Made by a program: the position numbers and the translations under genes
Part shown: piece after piece, positions 49,215 through 58,221 of the stretch
Position numbering within the stretch: position 1 is the first letter of the stretch
How the letters are laid out: every line of letters begins with the position of its first letter
The notes under the pieces: generated by a model
Told to the model about the DNA's origin: nothing
Seen by the model: the letters and a program-made list of their open reading frames with translations, nothing else
Database searches by the model: none
Virus record (IMG/VR): IMGVR_UViG_3300028591_000084
DNA from: a virus
Taxonomy: Duplodnaviria; Caudoviricetes
Length of the DNA stretch: 64,000 bases
Strand: one strand, 5' to 3'

Positions 49215-49578
49215 AGAACTATTGCTTAAAGACCTTTCGAGCAGGTTACCCTATAGGGTTAAAGTATTAGACAATTCTCATAAGAACTATGGAGTTTCTA
49301 AACTAATTAACATCGGAATTGATGGTTCTATGTTAATCGATAATGAAGCTAATGATACTCAATATTATCCGATTATTGATGAAACCAAACCATACCTTCG
49401 CCCGATATCAAGTATGACTGGGGAAGAGCTAGATAAATATGAAGAGCTTGAATGGGATGGAAATTTCGAGCATTTGTCTTTACCACTCTTAGACTGGTTA
49501 AACAAGAAAATGTTTGATTATCGAGACCTAATAAGGAAAGGGCTTGCTTTGGCGGCTCCCGACGGAATGTATGAATAA
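49198..49578 (+). CDS. family A paralog
   Basis: MTQEDRELLLKDLSSRLPY, KPYLRP.SSMT, DWLNKKMFDYR. Confidence 0.8.
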   Translation: MTQEDRELLLKDLSSRLPYRVKVLDNSHKNYGVSKLINIGIDGSMLIDNEANDTQYYPIIDETKPYLRPISSMTGEELDKYEELEWDGNFEHLSLPLLDWLNKKMFDYRDLIRKGLALAAPDGMYE

Positions 49579-49692
49579 AAGGAGAAATAGGTATGGTAAC
49601 AATTAAAGAAGAAAAATATCTAAGTCTCCTTGAGAAGACTATTACCTATAATGTATCGCAAGCTATCATCGACCTAGAAAATAATAAACATC

Positions 49693-50040
49693 GTGGCGAC
49701 ACTTAGAGATTGCATCGAAATGGACAAGGTAGAAAAAATTAAAGCTGAGATTGAAAGGAAGAAATTATTGGCTGACAAACAAGCAGACAATATGTATTTC
49801 CTTGCAAGAAGCGATGCTTATAGGGAATTATTAAACTTTATTGACTCTTTGGAAGAAGAGTCCGATATCTACACACCGGACAATCCCCGGATTACTGTTG
49901 GAACTAGGATCCGTTCAAAGACAAACCCAGATGTAATCCTGAGTATTATTTCTGACGATTGTCACGGGGATGAGTTTGAGTGCTCAAATGGTAGCGTTCT
50001 ATCATTAAAACAAATTGAAAAGTATTATGACCTTATATAA
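49693..50040 (+). CDS. family E paralog
   Basis: near-identical C-terminal half to 34882. Confidence 0.75.
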   Translation: MATLRDCIEMDKVEKIKAEIERKKLLADKQADNMYFLARSDAYRELLNFIDSLEEESDIYTPDNPRITVGTRIRSKTNPDVILSIISDDCHGDEFECSNGSVLSLKQIEKYYDLI

Positions 50041-50123
50041 GATATGACAATTAATATTGATAGAGAATATGAACCAAATCGTAGCTATGCATGCTATGGT
50101 TGTAAACATTATTTGAGAAAATT

Positions 50124-50525
50124 ATGACACAAGAAGAAATCTCACTACTCTTACGAGACCTTTGCGCAAGATTGCCATACGGAGTAATATGCCAAGTAGA
50201 CGATGGAGTGGCTGGTTTAAACGATGGAAAACTAGTAGAAATTGATATTTCAAAAGAACTTGTAAGATTTGACGCTGATTATTATTGGGATGCATATATA
50301 GATGACGTTAAGCCATATCTTCGTTCTATGTCTTCAATAACTGAGGAAGAAAAGAAAGAATATCATTCTTATTGTGATAATTATTATGGTATTTATTTTG
50401 ATACCATAGCGAGTATTGATTGGCTAAATAAGAAAATGTTTGCCTATCGTACTATTAATGGTAAGAATATGTTTGAATTAGGTCTCGCTGTTGAAGCGCC
50501 AAACGGAATGTATGATAGAGTTTGA
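50124..50525 (+). CDS. family A paralog
   Basis: MTQEE..LLLRDLCARLPY...DWLNKKMFAYRTING. Confidence 0.8.
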   Translation: MTQEEISLLLRDLCARLPYGVICQVDDGVAGLNDGKLVEIDISKELVRFDADYYWDAYIDDVKPYLRSMSSITEEEKKEYHSYCDNYYGIYFDTIASIDWLNKKMFAYRTINGKNMFELGLAVEAPNGMYDRV

Positions 50526-50736
50526 ATGGAAACCGATTACTCAAATACCAACTGAACATTGGGCTAATAATTATGCACTAAGTCCTTTGTACTTGGTAAG
50601 ATGTGGTGAGAAGAACGGGGTGTCCATCCTTGGATATTCCAATTATTCATTTGCCACTAAAACTTGGTTAGAATGTTACCGTGCTACTGAACCTGGTGTT
50701 CATGAAGTCACTGAATGGACCGACATTAAACTTTGA
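50491..50736 (+). CDS. hypothetical protein
   Basis: EWKPI...VTEW pattern; start probably at MIEFEW. Confidence 0.55.
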   Translation: MKRQTECMIEFEWKPITQIPTEHWANNYALSPLYLVRCGEKNGVSILGYSNYSFATKTWLECYRATEPGVHEVTEWTDIKL

Positions 50737-50742
50737 ATAATT

Positions 50743-51120
50743 ATGGCAACAATTAAGGAGGATTACGTTTCTTTTGAAACTGCAAAACTATTAAAAGAAA
50801 AAGGGTTCGAAGGCTTTACGATGTTTTCCTACTCTAATAGAGGGTCTACTATGTGTGGTCATTGGGAAAATGAAACTGATTGGCTACCTAAATGTACTCT
50901 ACAAATGGCAATGAAATGGTTGAGAGAAGTACATGACATATATATAGATATAAGCATTTATGTTATTACTAAGAATACACTTAAATATAATATTAATGTT
51001 TACTACAAAAAACACAAAAATGATTCAATGTATTTAGGAATCCATCTTACTAAAGAATATACAAAATATGAAAAAGCTTGTGAAACAGCTGTTTTATATT
51101 GTTTGGAAAATTTAATTTAA
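50743..51120 (+). CDS. family B paralog
   Basis: MATIKEDYVSFETAKLLKEKGF...YCLENLI. Confidence 0.8.
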   Translation: MATIKEDYVSFETAKLLKEKGFEGFTMFSYSNRGSTMCGHWENETDWLPKCTLQMAMKWLREVHDIYIDISIYVITKNTLKYNINVYYKKHKNDSMYLGIHLTKEYTKYEKACETAVLYCLENLI

Positions 51121-51121
51121 T

Positions 51122-51382
51122 ATGTATATATTTATGATATTTTTAGGTTTATGTCTAGGAATATTAGGCAGTATAATGCTTGCTGTTGCTGATGAAGAAA
51201 ATATTCCTATAGGTATAATAGGAGTAGTAATCCTCTGGATTGGAGTATTTTTGCTCATTCATACTAGTCGTGATAAAGGAATTAAAGACGGTGCTTATAA
51301 CCAACTTCGAGGAAAATATGAAATAAGTTATATTATAGATAAAGATAGTTGTATAACTGACACTATAATTAATATTAAATAA
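51122..51382 (+). CDS. small membrane protein
   Basis: 2 TM. Confidence 0.55.
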   Translation: MYIFMIFLGLCLGILGSIMLAVADEENIPIGIIGVVILWIGVFLLIHTSRDKGIKDGAYNQLRGKYEISYIIDKDSCITDTIINIK

Positions 51383-51384
51383 CT

Positions 51385-51588
51385 ATGGCAACAGAAACAT
51401 TAGGAGCACATTTAAGGAATTTATTAACACCCTATAGAACATTACTCGACTTGGTTAAAGACGTCAATAATGGCACAATACCAGCAGATTTTTTAAAGAA
51501 ATTTGAGTGTAATAACATTAATGAAATTATAGAATTTTCTCATTCTGATAAAATGGAAAATACTCTATGGAGAAACGAAAATGAATAA
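51385..51588 (+). CDS. hypothetical protein
   Basis: AACTATGGCAACA start. Confidence 0.55.
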   Translation: MATETLGAHLRNLLTPYRTLLDLVKDVNNGTIPADFLKKFECNNINEIIEFSHSDKMENTLWRNENE

Positions 51589-51593
51589 AGATT

Positions 51594-51965
51594 ATGGCAA
51601 CAATTAAATCATTTACTGATTTAGAACAGTCAAAGAGGTTGGCAGAGATACTTTCAATTGAAAGTGCAGATCATTATTATTCTTGGCACGATAAACAATA
51701 TTATGTCGTTAATAAAGACTGCCCTTATCCGTATTCATTAAAAGAGCGGATCCCTTGTTGGTCTCTTGCAGCATTGCTTAGTGTTTTGCCTGATAAAATA
51801 CATCTTGATAATGAAACATATCATTTAAATTTTAACAAAGATGAAGTTAAATATTTAGGCTCTATAACTTGGGATGGTCAAAAGTGTATATCATCAAAAG
51901 CTGATACTATTGTTGATGCTTGCTATGAAATGATTGAGAAATTACACGAAAGGAATTTGTTATGA
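51594..51965 (+). CDS. family C paralog
   Basis: conserved blocks. Confidence 0.8.
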   Translation: MATIKSFTDLEQSKRLAEILSIESADHYYSWHDKQYYVVNKDCPYPYSLKERIPCWSLAALLSVLPDKIHLDNETYHLNFNKDEVKYLGSITWDGQKCISSKADTIVDACYEMIEKLHERNLL

Positions 51966-52339
51966 AAAGTTATACTGATTTAAAACAGTCAAAGAGGTTG
52001 GCAGAGATACTACCGATAGAGAGTGCTGATATGGAATATCTTTGTCTTAAGGAAACTAATGCAATAATTGGTTCTATACCTTTTGTTAAAGATGATTATG
52101 AAGTTGAAAATTCAGCATATGATGCCGTCTATGAAAGGATTCCTTGTTGGAGCCTTGCTGCATTACTTGGTGTTTTGCCTGAAGGAACAAGATTACTAAA
52201 GTCAACAAATATATCGTCTGTAGGTGATACCAAATATCATTGTGATTGCCCTAAATGTAACATTGATGAGTGGTTTTACAATTCAGTTGATGCTTGTGTA
52301 GAAATGATTGAGAAATTACACAAACTTAAAATGCTGTAA
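51962..52339 (+). CDS. family C paralog
   Basis: conserved blocks; the junction with the previous gene closely resembles the junction near 34325. Confidence 0.8.
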   Translation: MKSYTDLKQSKRLAEILPIESADMEYLCLKETNAIIGSIPFVKDDYEVENSAYDAVYERIPCWSLAALLGVLPEGTRLLKSTNISSVGDTKYHCDCPKCNIDEWFYNSVDACVEMIEKLHKLKML

Positions 52340-52341
52340 TT

Positions 52342-52563
52342 ATGACTAATATTAGGATCGTAAGAAGATTCGCAAGAGGACAATATGAAGAAGGGCCTAA
52401 ACCTGAAGTATATGACATATACTTTGACGTTGGTTTATTTAGTCCTCTGATAAAAAAGTGGAAAATTTATAAATCTGCATTAACAAGAGAAGAGGTTATT
52501 AAATATATTACGCCTTGGTTGTTAGATACCATTAATAATAAAATTTATATAACCACTGAATAA
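52342..52563 (+). CDS. hypothetical protein
   Basis: array ORF. Confidence 0.55.
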   Translation: MTNIRIVRRFARGQYEEGPKPEVYDIYFDVGLFSPLIKKWKIYKSALTREEVIKYITPWLLDTINNKIYITTE

Positions 52564-52946
52564 ATATGTTGTGATTATGGGAAAGTGTATATTTGAAGAT
52601 GTCTGTGATAAAAATTGGTGTAGATTATACTCCTTTGAATGTGTTGGTGGGCAAATTTATAAACCAAAAACAAGTAACGAGCAATCTAGAACAAAATGCT
52701 CTCAATGTGACAAATAGGAGTGTTCTCATAGGAATCTAAAAACAGACAACTGTGACTTGGAAAAATATAAGACACATATAACTAACAAAATTGAATAATA
52801 ATTATGAAAGAACTTAAATTATGTCTTCTATAAATAATGAACATTGTAAAATATGTTCCATTAAACTTTGTTGTTTTTGCTCATACAGAAACACTAAAGA
52901 AAATACTGGGGAATATAAAAGTATTTGGAAATTTAATTATTAAATT

Positions 52947-53354
52947 ATGAGAAATTATACTGATTTAGAACAGTCAATGAAGTTGGCTGAGATACTACCA
53001 ATCAAAAGCGCGGACATGTGTTTGACTTTTGCAAACAATACATGGAATCCTGTATGCGATAAATCAGAAAATATCTATCAACTTCAAAAAGATTGTTACG
53101 AACCAGATTATACTAAAGATGACTATATCGATTTCGATGAGTTTGAACCGAAAGTAGTCCCAGCTTGGAGTTTAAGTGCCCTACTTAGTCTAATGATATG
53201 CCCAAGACTTGAAGAGTATATTAAAGGTATTTGGTATTTAACAACTTTTACAGATGAGACGCTTAGAACTCCTATAGAAATTCAAGATTCTAAGGATCCT
53301 ATCGATGCTTGTGTAGAAATGATTGAGAAATTACATGAACGTAAACTGTTATGA
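52947..53354 (+). CDS. family C paralog
   Basis: YTDLEQS.KLAEILP..SADM, PAWSL.ALL, PIDACVEMIEKLHE. Confidence 0.8.
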   Translation: MRNYTDLEQSMKLAEILPIKSADMCLTFANNTWNPVCDKSENIYQLQKDCYEPDYTKDDYIDFDEFEPKVVPAWSLSALLSLMICPRLEEYIKGIWYLTTFTDETLRTPIEIQDSKDPIDACVEMIEKLHERKLL

Positions 53355-53511
53355 TTATGACAAAAGTAGTAGCAAATCATATCGAGCCACACTATAATCC
53401 AAAGTTTCATCAATATGAAATTACTTGGACAAATAAAGATGGTGGGTATGGAGGTGTTTGGGGTGATACTAAAGAAGAATGTTTGGAAAGGTATAATGAA
53501 ACAATAAAATT

Positions 53512-55518
53512 ATGAAATCAATAGAAGAAAAAGCACGGGCCTATGACGAGGCTTCAAAGTGGATGGAAAATGTTTATCCTACTCTATCTCACGAACAACA
53601 GATGGAAGCAGAAGCGTTTTTCCCAATGTTCAAAGAATCCGAGGATGAGAAAATAAGGAAAGGTCTTATTGACTTTTTTAGTGAACCAGGTAGAAAAGAG
53701 TATATATTGAATGGCGGATTTACTATCAATGATATTACTACTTGGCTTAAAAAGCAAGGTGAAATGGATATGGAGTCTTATAAAACCGCAGAAGATGAAA
53801 AACGTGAATTTGTAGGTGATGGCTTTATTAAATGCTATGCTGATTTTCAAGACTTCGAAGAAGGAGAAACTTATTGGCTTGAGTATATAGGCAACGATAA
53901 TTACAATGTAAGGAGCGATAATCTTCTTGGCAAGACGTATCATATAACTCCTTGCCAATTATACACAATTTTCAAGAAGCAAACTTGGCTTGAAAAGCAA
54001 GGTGAAAAGTTAACTCTACCTAAATGGAGATACAAGAAAGACAATACACCATTATTGAGAGATTCACTTATTCTCAACAAGTATGGGTGTGTAGCTAAAT
54101 CACCAGCTGGCGCACTTATTAGTGATGTTTGGGTTATTGATTATGCAGAATTAGCAAAACTCCCGAAAGAAGAGTTTGAAGAGCAAGGTGAGAAGAAGCC
54201 TATTGTTGTACCAAAATTTAGAGAAGGAGATAGAATTATTGAAAAATCTTTTGATGAATGTGGTTGCGGAACTATCAAAGAAATTAAAGATGGAAAATAT
54301 ATATTTGACGACGGTAGTTTTGTTAATATAGAAGAACAAAATCTTTGGCAACTTGTAGAGCAAAAACCTATGGATAAGGTTGAGTCAAAGTTTAAGGTTG
54401 GTGACTGGGTAGTTTCTCCTAATGGTGTATATTGGCATATTGATAAAATATCTAATAACCGATATGAAGTTACTTCTAATACAGGAGAGAGTTCCAATTG
54501 GAATTTAGATACAAATATCTACCATAAATTCACCATCCAAGATGCAAAAGACGGCGATGTTCTCTCATATAGAGATGGCCAGTGGATTTTTATCTATAAA
54601 GAGAAAATTGATAATAACTCTTTCTATTATCATGCATTATATTCAACTATTCATCAAGATTTAACAATAAATGATTCTGGATTTACTTTGTTAGGTGATG
54701 CAATAGTCCCAGCCACCAATGAAGAACGTGATATCCTAATGAAGGCAATGGCTAGTGCAGGATATACTTTCGACTTTGAGAAGAAAGAATTGAAGAAGAC
54801 TGAGCAGAAGCCTACTAAAAGTAGCGATATTAAAAGTATACTTTTAGTGCATGATGAAATATTGAATAACTTATTAGAACGTTATAAGACATCAGCAGCA
54901 TTCAAGACGCTTATTGTAAACTTGCAGAATTGGTGGAACAATACAAAAAGGCACTTACTTTCTTTTAATATTGAGCAGAAGCCTACTGAATGGAATGAAG
55001 AGGATATAATGCGTATAGATAATATTATTGCTATCATTGAAGGCAAAGGTTATCCTGATTATGTTAGATGGCTTGAATCTCTCAAAGACAAAGTATCACC
55101 ACAACCCAAACAAGAATGGAGTAAAGAGGATGAAGAAATGTTGCTTTCTGCGATTGAATATGTTTGTACATTTTCTGCATATAGAAATTCAGTTGTTGAT
55201 TGGCTCAAATCCCTCAAGAATAGAGTACAACCACAACCTAATCCGGGGTGGAGTGAAGAAGATGACTATAACCTACAATGTATGATTGCGAAAGTAACTT
55301 CTGATATTCAGAAAGGAAATGTTGGTAGAAATAATGAGTTAATAGATTGGCTCAAATCCCTTAGATATAAGACAGGATCCCAGAAATATTGGAAGCCAAG
55401 TGAATCAGAAATTAGAATTCTGGAAGATATACTTAATGGCAAAATAAATCCTTGTAACTATCAAGAAATATTACGAAATCTTTTAGAACAATTAAAAGTA
55501 TTGCGTGATTATGAATAA
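53512..55518 (+). CDS. family D mosaic protein (668 aa)
   Basis: SIEEKARAYDE, FP.FKESEDEKIR, WL.KQGE x2, KFREGD/KFKVGDWV, KAMASAGYTFDFEKKELKK, W.EED x3, YWKPSE. Confidence 0.85.
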   Translation: MKSIEEKARAYDEASKWMENVYPTLSHEQQMEAEAFFPMFKESEDEKIRKGLIDFFSEPGRKEYILNGGFTINDITTWLKKQGEMDMESYKTAEDEKREFVGDGFIKCYADFQDFEEGETYWLEYIGNDNYNVRSDNLLGKTYHITPCQLYTIFKKQTWLEKQGEKLTLPKWRYKKDNTPLLRDSLILNKYGCVAKSPAGALISDVWVIDYAELAKLPKEEFEEQGEKKPIVVPKFREGDRIIEKSFDECGCGTIKEIKDGKYIFDDGSFVNIEEQNLWQLVEQKPMDKVESKFKVGDWVVSPNGVYWHIDKISNNRYEVTSNTGESSNWNLDTNIYHKFTIQDAKDGDVLSYRDGQWIFIYKEKIDNNSFYYHALYSTIHQDLTINDSGFTLLGDAIVPATNEERDILMKAMASAGYTFDFEKKELKKTEQKPTKSSDIKSILLVHDEILNNLLERYKTSAAFKTLIVNLQNWWNNTKRHLLSFNIEQKPTEWNEEDIMRIDNIIAIIEGKGYPDYVRWLESLKDKVSPQPKQEWSKEDEEMLLSAIEYVCTFSAYRNSVVDWLKSLKNRVQPQPNPGWSEEDDYNLQCMIAKVTSDIQKGNVGRNNELIDWLKSLRYKTGSQKYWKPSESEIRILEDILNGKINPCNYQEILRNLLEQLKVLRDYE

Positions 55519-55581
55519 CAGAAGATTTGATAAGGATCTTAAGTGTAGAGATGAAGAGTACAAACTTATTAATGTTTAATC

Positions 55582-56181
55582 ATGGAAAAAAGTTATATAT
55601 TAGGATCTCACAATAGCTGGTCTTTTCTTCCACTCAAACACTGGTGGATGAGGCCATTTGCTTTTATGGCAAGATGTCAAAGTAAAAGTATAGTTCAACA
55701 ATATCACCAATACGGTGTTAGATGTTTCGATCTAAGAATTAGAATGAACCGACGTGAGCTAAACCATCCAATAATCTGCCATGGATATGCAGAGTATGAT
55801 ATTTCACGTGCTGAGATCATGGAATATCTCTCTATGATTAATGGCTTTGGTGATTGCTATGTCAGGGTTATTCAAGAAGTGCGAACTAAAAAGCAGTATG
55901 ATGAAACAGTTTGGGATATGGATTTTTCTAACTTCTGTAAAGAAATTGAAAAAAAATTTCCTAATATCAAATTCTGGTGTGGTAGAAGTCTCTATGGATG
56001 GGTAGAAGAATATGTTTTCCAAAATAATCCGTCTTGTGAAGAAAAATATTCATCTGTCTGTAAGCCGGATTTAATAGACGACTGGTGGCCGTGGTTATTT
56101 GCTAAGAGAAACAATAAAAAGATCTTAAAGCAAGGGACTGACAAAGATATTCTTCTAATTGACTTTGTAAATATCCGATAG
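55582..56181 (+). CDS. PI-PLC X-box-like phosphodiesterase
   Basis: ILGSHNS, CQ..SI..QY..GVRCFDLRI, ICHG motifs. Confidence 0.75.
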   Translation: MEKSYILGSHNSWSFLPLKHWWMRPFAFMARCQSKSIVQQYHQYGVRCFDLRIRMNRRELNHPIICHGYAEYDISRAEIMEYLSMINGFGDCYVRVIQEVRTKKQYDETVWDMDFSNFCKEIEKKFPNIKFWCGRSLYGWVEEYVFQNNPSCEEKYSSVCKPDLIDDWWPWLFAKRNNKKILKQGTDKDILLIDFVNIR

Positions 56182-56182
56182 T

Positions 56183-56425
56183 ATGAAAGATACTGCCGAA
56201 TACTGGAAAGACGCTGGTATTAGAATCATGGAGGAAGGGAGAAAGTTCAAGCAAAACGGCATAGAACAAGAAAACAAAGAGAAAATGACACAAGAAGAGA
56301 AAATACAAGCGTTTTACAAATGGCTTGAAGAGCACGAACACTTGTTTGAACAAGAGCATGACAAAGACTCTGCTCGTCTTGTAGCAAGTATCAAAAGTAT
56401 GTATAAATATATTTTTGATTTGTAA
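56183..56425 (+). CDS. hypothetical protein
   Basis: contains an internal ATGACACAAGAAGAG (MTQEE). Confidence 0.5.
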   Translation: MKDTAEYWKDAGIRIMEEGRKFKQNGIEQENKEKMTQEEKIQAFYKWLEEHEHLFEQEHDKDSARLVASIKSMYKYIFDL

Positions 56426-56444
56426 CAATTTAATTTGAATAACT

Positions 56445-56681
56445 ATGGCAACAGTTAAAAAGATTATCCTATTAGCACTTATAGTCTTGATGATGGTTGG
56501 GTGTGATAATAATGGTAAACCGCTTGGATATACTTATATAGAACTTGATTCTTGTGAGTATATTTCAGGTTTTAATCAATTTGCTCACAAAGGTAACTGC
56601 CGATTCTGCAAAGAACGTAGGCAAAAGGAACTAAAAGAACTTATTGAACATTATGAAAGCAAAAATAAGAAAGACTGGTGA
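56445..56681 (+). CDS. putative small lipoprotein
   Basis: KKIILLALIVLMMVGC lipobox; DSCEY..HKGNCRFC. Confidence 0.65.
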   Translation: MATVKKIILLALIVLMMVGCDNNGKPLGYTYIELDSCEYISGFNQFAHKGNCRFCKERRQKELKELIEHYESKNKKDW

Positions 56682-57018
56682 AATAGTAGATGTGATTTGT
56701 TATGGTGGAAGTCCTCTTAGTAGAAGTGACGTACTTGACTATGTGAATTATATTGATTCACAAGGTGTTGAGCATACAGAACCTAATCACTTAAACTATT
56801 ATTGGGATTTTGAACCTATTGAAACTACTAACAATGAACACTGGCAAACAGACGACATCACTGATTGGGGTTACTATAGAATCCATGCTGCTATTGCTGC
56901 TATGCAAGGTCTTTTGTGTGCTCCATCTTATAAAGCGGATAGAGGTAAACTGAATATGGTAGCAAAGGATGCAATAAGTATAGCTGATGCACTTATTAAC
57001 GAATTAAAGAAGAAATAG
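56653..57018 (+). CDS. phage protein with AAIAAMQG...ADALI.EL C-terminus
   Basis: MKAKIRKTGEIVDV; W..YRI.AAIAAMQGLL. Confidence 0.7.
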   Translation: MKAKIRKTGEIVDVICYGGSPLSRSDVLDYVNYIDSQGVEHTEPNHLNYYWDFEPIETTNNEHWQTDDITDWGYYRIHAAIAAMQGLLCAPSYKADRGKLNMVAKDAISIADALINELKKK

Positions 57019-57193
57019 TTATGAAAATGTATAAAATGTATTTAACTACTATTTTATTGTGTGCTGCTATTATACTAATAACAATAGGAATATCTACAAA
57101 AAATTTTATTCCTACAGGTATTGGAGGATTCCTTGCAGGAGTTTATCATGCAATGTGCAATGATGTATTCAAAAAATTAAATGAGAAATAATT

Positions 57194-57592
57194 ATGACAC
57201 AAGAAGAAAAATCGCTTTTATTTAAAGACCTTTGTGCGAGGTTGCCTTATTCTCCTAAATGTGAGATGATTGACGAATTAAGGGTAGTAAATAATGAAAG
57301 AGAACCTTCATATATAAGTGTATTGTTTCCAAAACACCTTGAATTGTTCTCTTATCATAATAATTTTACAATCAAACCATATCTCCGTTCAATGTCTTCA
57401 ATGACTGAGGAAGAGAAGAAAGAGTATAAGCATTTTATAGCATTTAGTGGTAGTCCTGATGGGGCAGCAATTTTTGTGGATTGGCTTAATAAGAGAATGT
57501 TTGCTTATCGTACTATTAATGGTAAGGATATGTTTGAATTAGGACTTGCGTTAGAAGCCCCTAACGATATGTATAACTTAAATAAGAAATAA
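57194..57592 (+). CDS. family A paralog
   Basis: MTQEEK.LL.KDLCARLPY...MFAYRTINGKDMFELGLALEAP. Confidence 0.8.
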   Translation: MTQEEKSLLFKDLCARLPYSPKCEMIDELRVVNNEREPSYISVLFPKHLELFSYHNNFTIKPYLRSMSSMTEEEKKEYKHFIAFSGSPDGAAIFVDWLNKRMFAYRTINGKDMFELGLALEAPNDMYNLNKK

Positions 57593-57723
57593 AGCATGAA
57601 AGAATGTGCATTATTTGAATGTCCGCGAATAGATTGCTCTGACTACGACGAAAGATGCTGTAGGTGTGAATACTGGAAAAACTTAAAAGAAAAATAGTAT
57701 AACAATAAATAGTAGTAGGTACT

Positions 57724-57948
57724 ATGATAGAAATATTAATTAGATTTATTATTGTTTATGTGTTGTTACATATAATACTTTTCTTTGTTGAGAGGTATAG
57801 ATTCAAACACGGTGCCTGGTCGTGGTATGGCTTTAAGAGAGATGGTATGCTCGATATTACCTATATCATCCTGGCATTAGATGAGGTTGGTTGTGGACTT
57901 GCTATAGCAGGTGGATTAATATATTGGATTTTTCAACCGACAATTTAA
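57724..57948 (+). CDS. small membrane protein
   Basis: hydrophobic. Confidence 0.5.
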   Translation: MIEILIRFIIVYVLLHIILFFVERYRFKHGAWSWYGFKRDGMLDITYIILALDEVGCGLAIAGGLIYWIFQPTI

Positions 57949-58196
57949 TAATAATGATTAAGGAAGCATATAGGAGGTACACTTCTAAACTGATTAAATT
58001 TATACACAACAAAATATGGTGGCGTAGAGATTTTCGTCGAGTGTATATTACAGAACGTGAAGCACTAAAAGGAAGATGTTTGATTTGTCATGCTGGACGT
58101 AGAAACTCATACAATACTCCTTGTTGTGGGTATGACAATGACTGTCCTTGTAAATATAATCAGCGCCTAATAGTTAAAAAAGAAATATTGGTGTGA
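57891..58196 (+). CDS. small Cys-rich protein
   Basis: CLIC..CC...CPC; start probably internal (MIKEAY). Confidence 0.5.
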   Translation: MWTCYSRWINILDFSTDNLIIMIKEAYRRYTSKLIKFIHNKIWWRRDFRRVYITEREALKGRCLICHAGRRNSYNTPCCGYDNDCPCKYNQRLIVKKEILV

Positions 58197-58221
58197 TTAC
58201 CAACAAAATAAATATTAAGTG

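Noticed and set aside
30521-58196. Diversity-generating retroelement or CRISPR array
   Set aside because: No reverse transcriptase, no TR/VR pair differing only at adenines, and no regularly spaced repeat-spacer units; the repeats are coding
30521-58196. Classical integron cassette array
   Set aside because: No integrase and no attC-like palindromes; many genes overlap by ATGA
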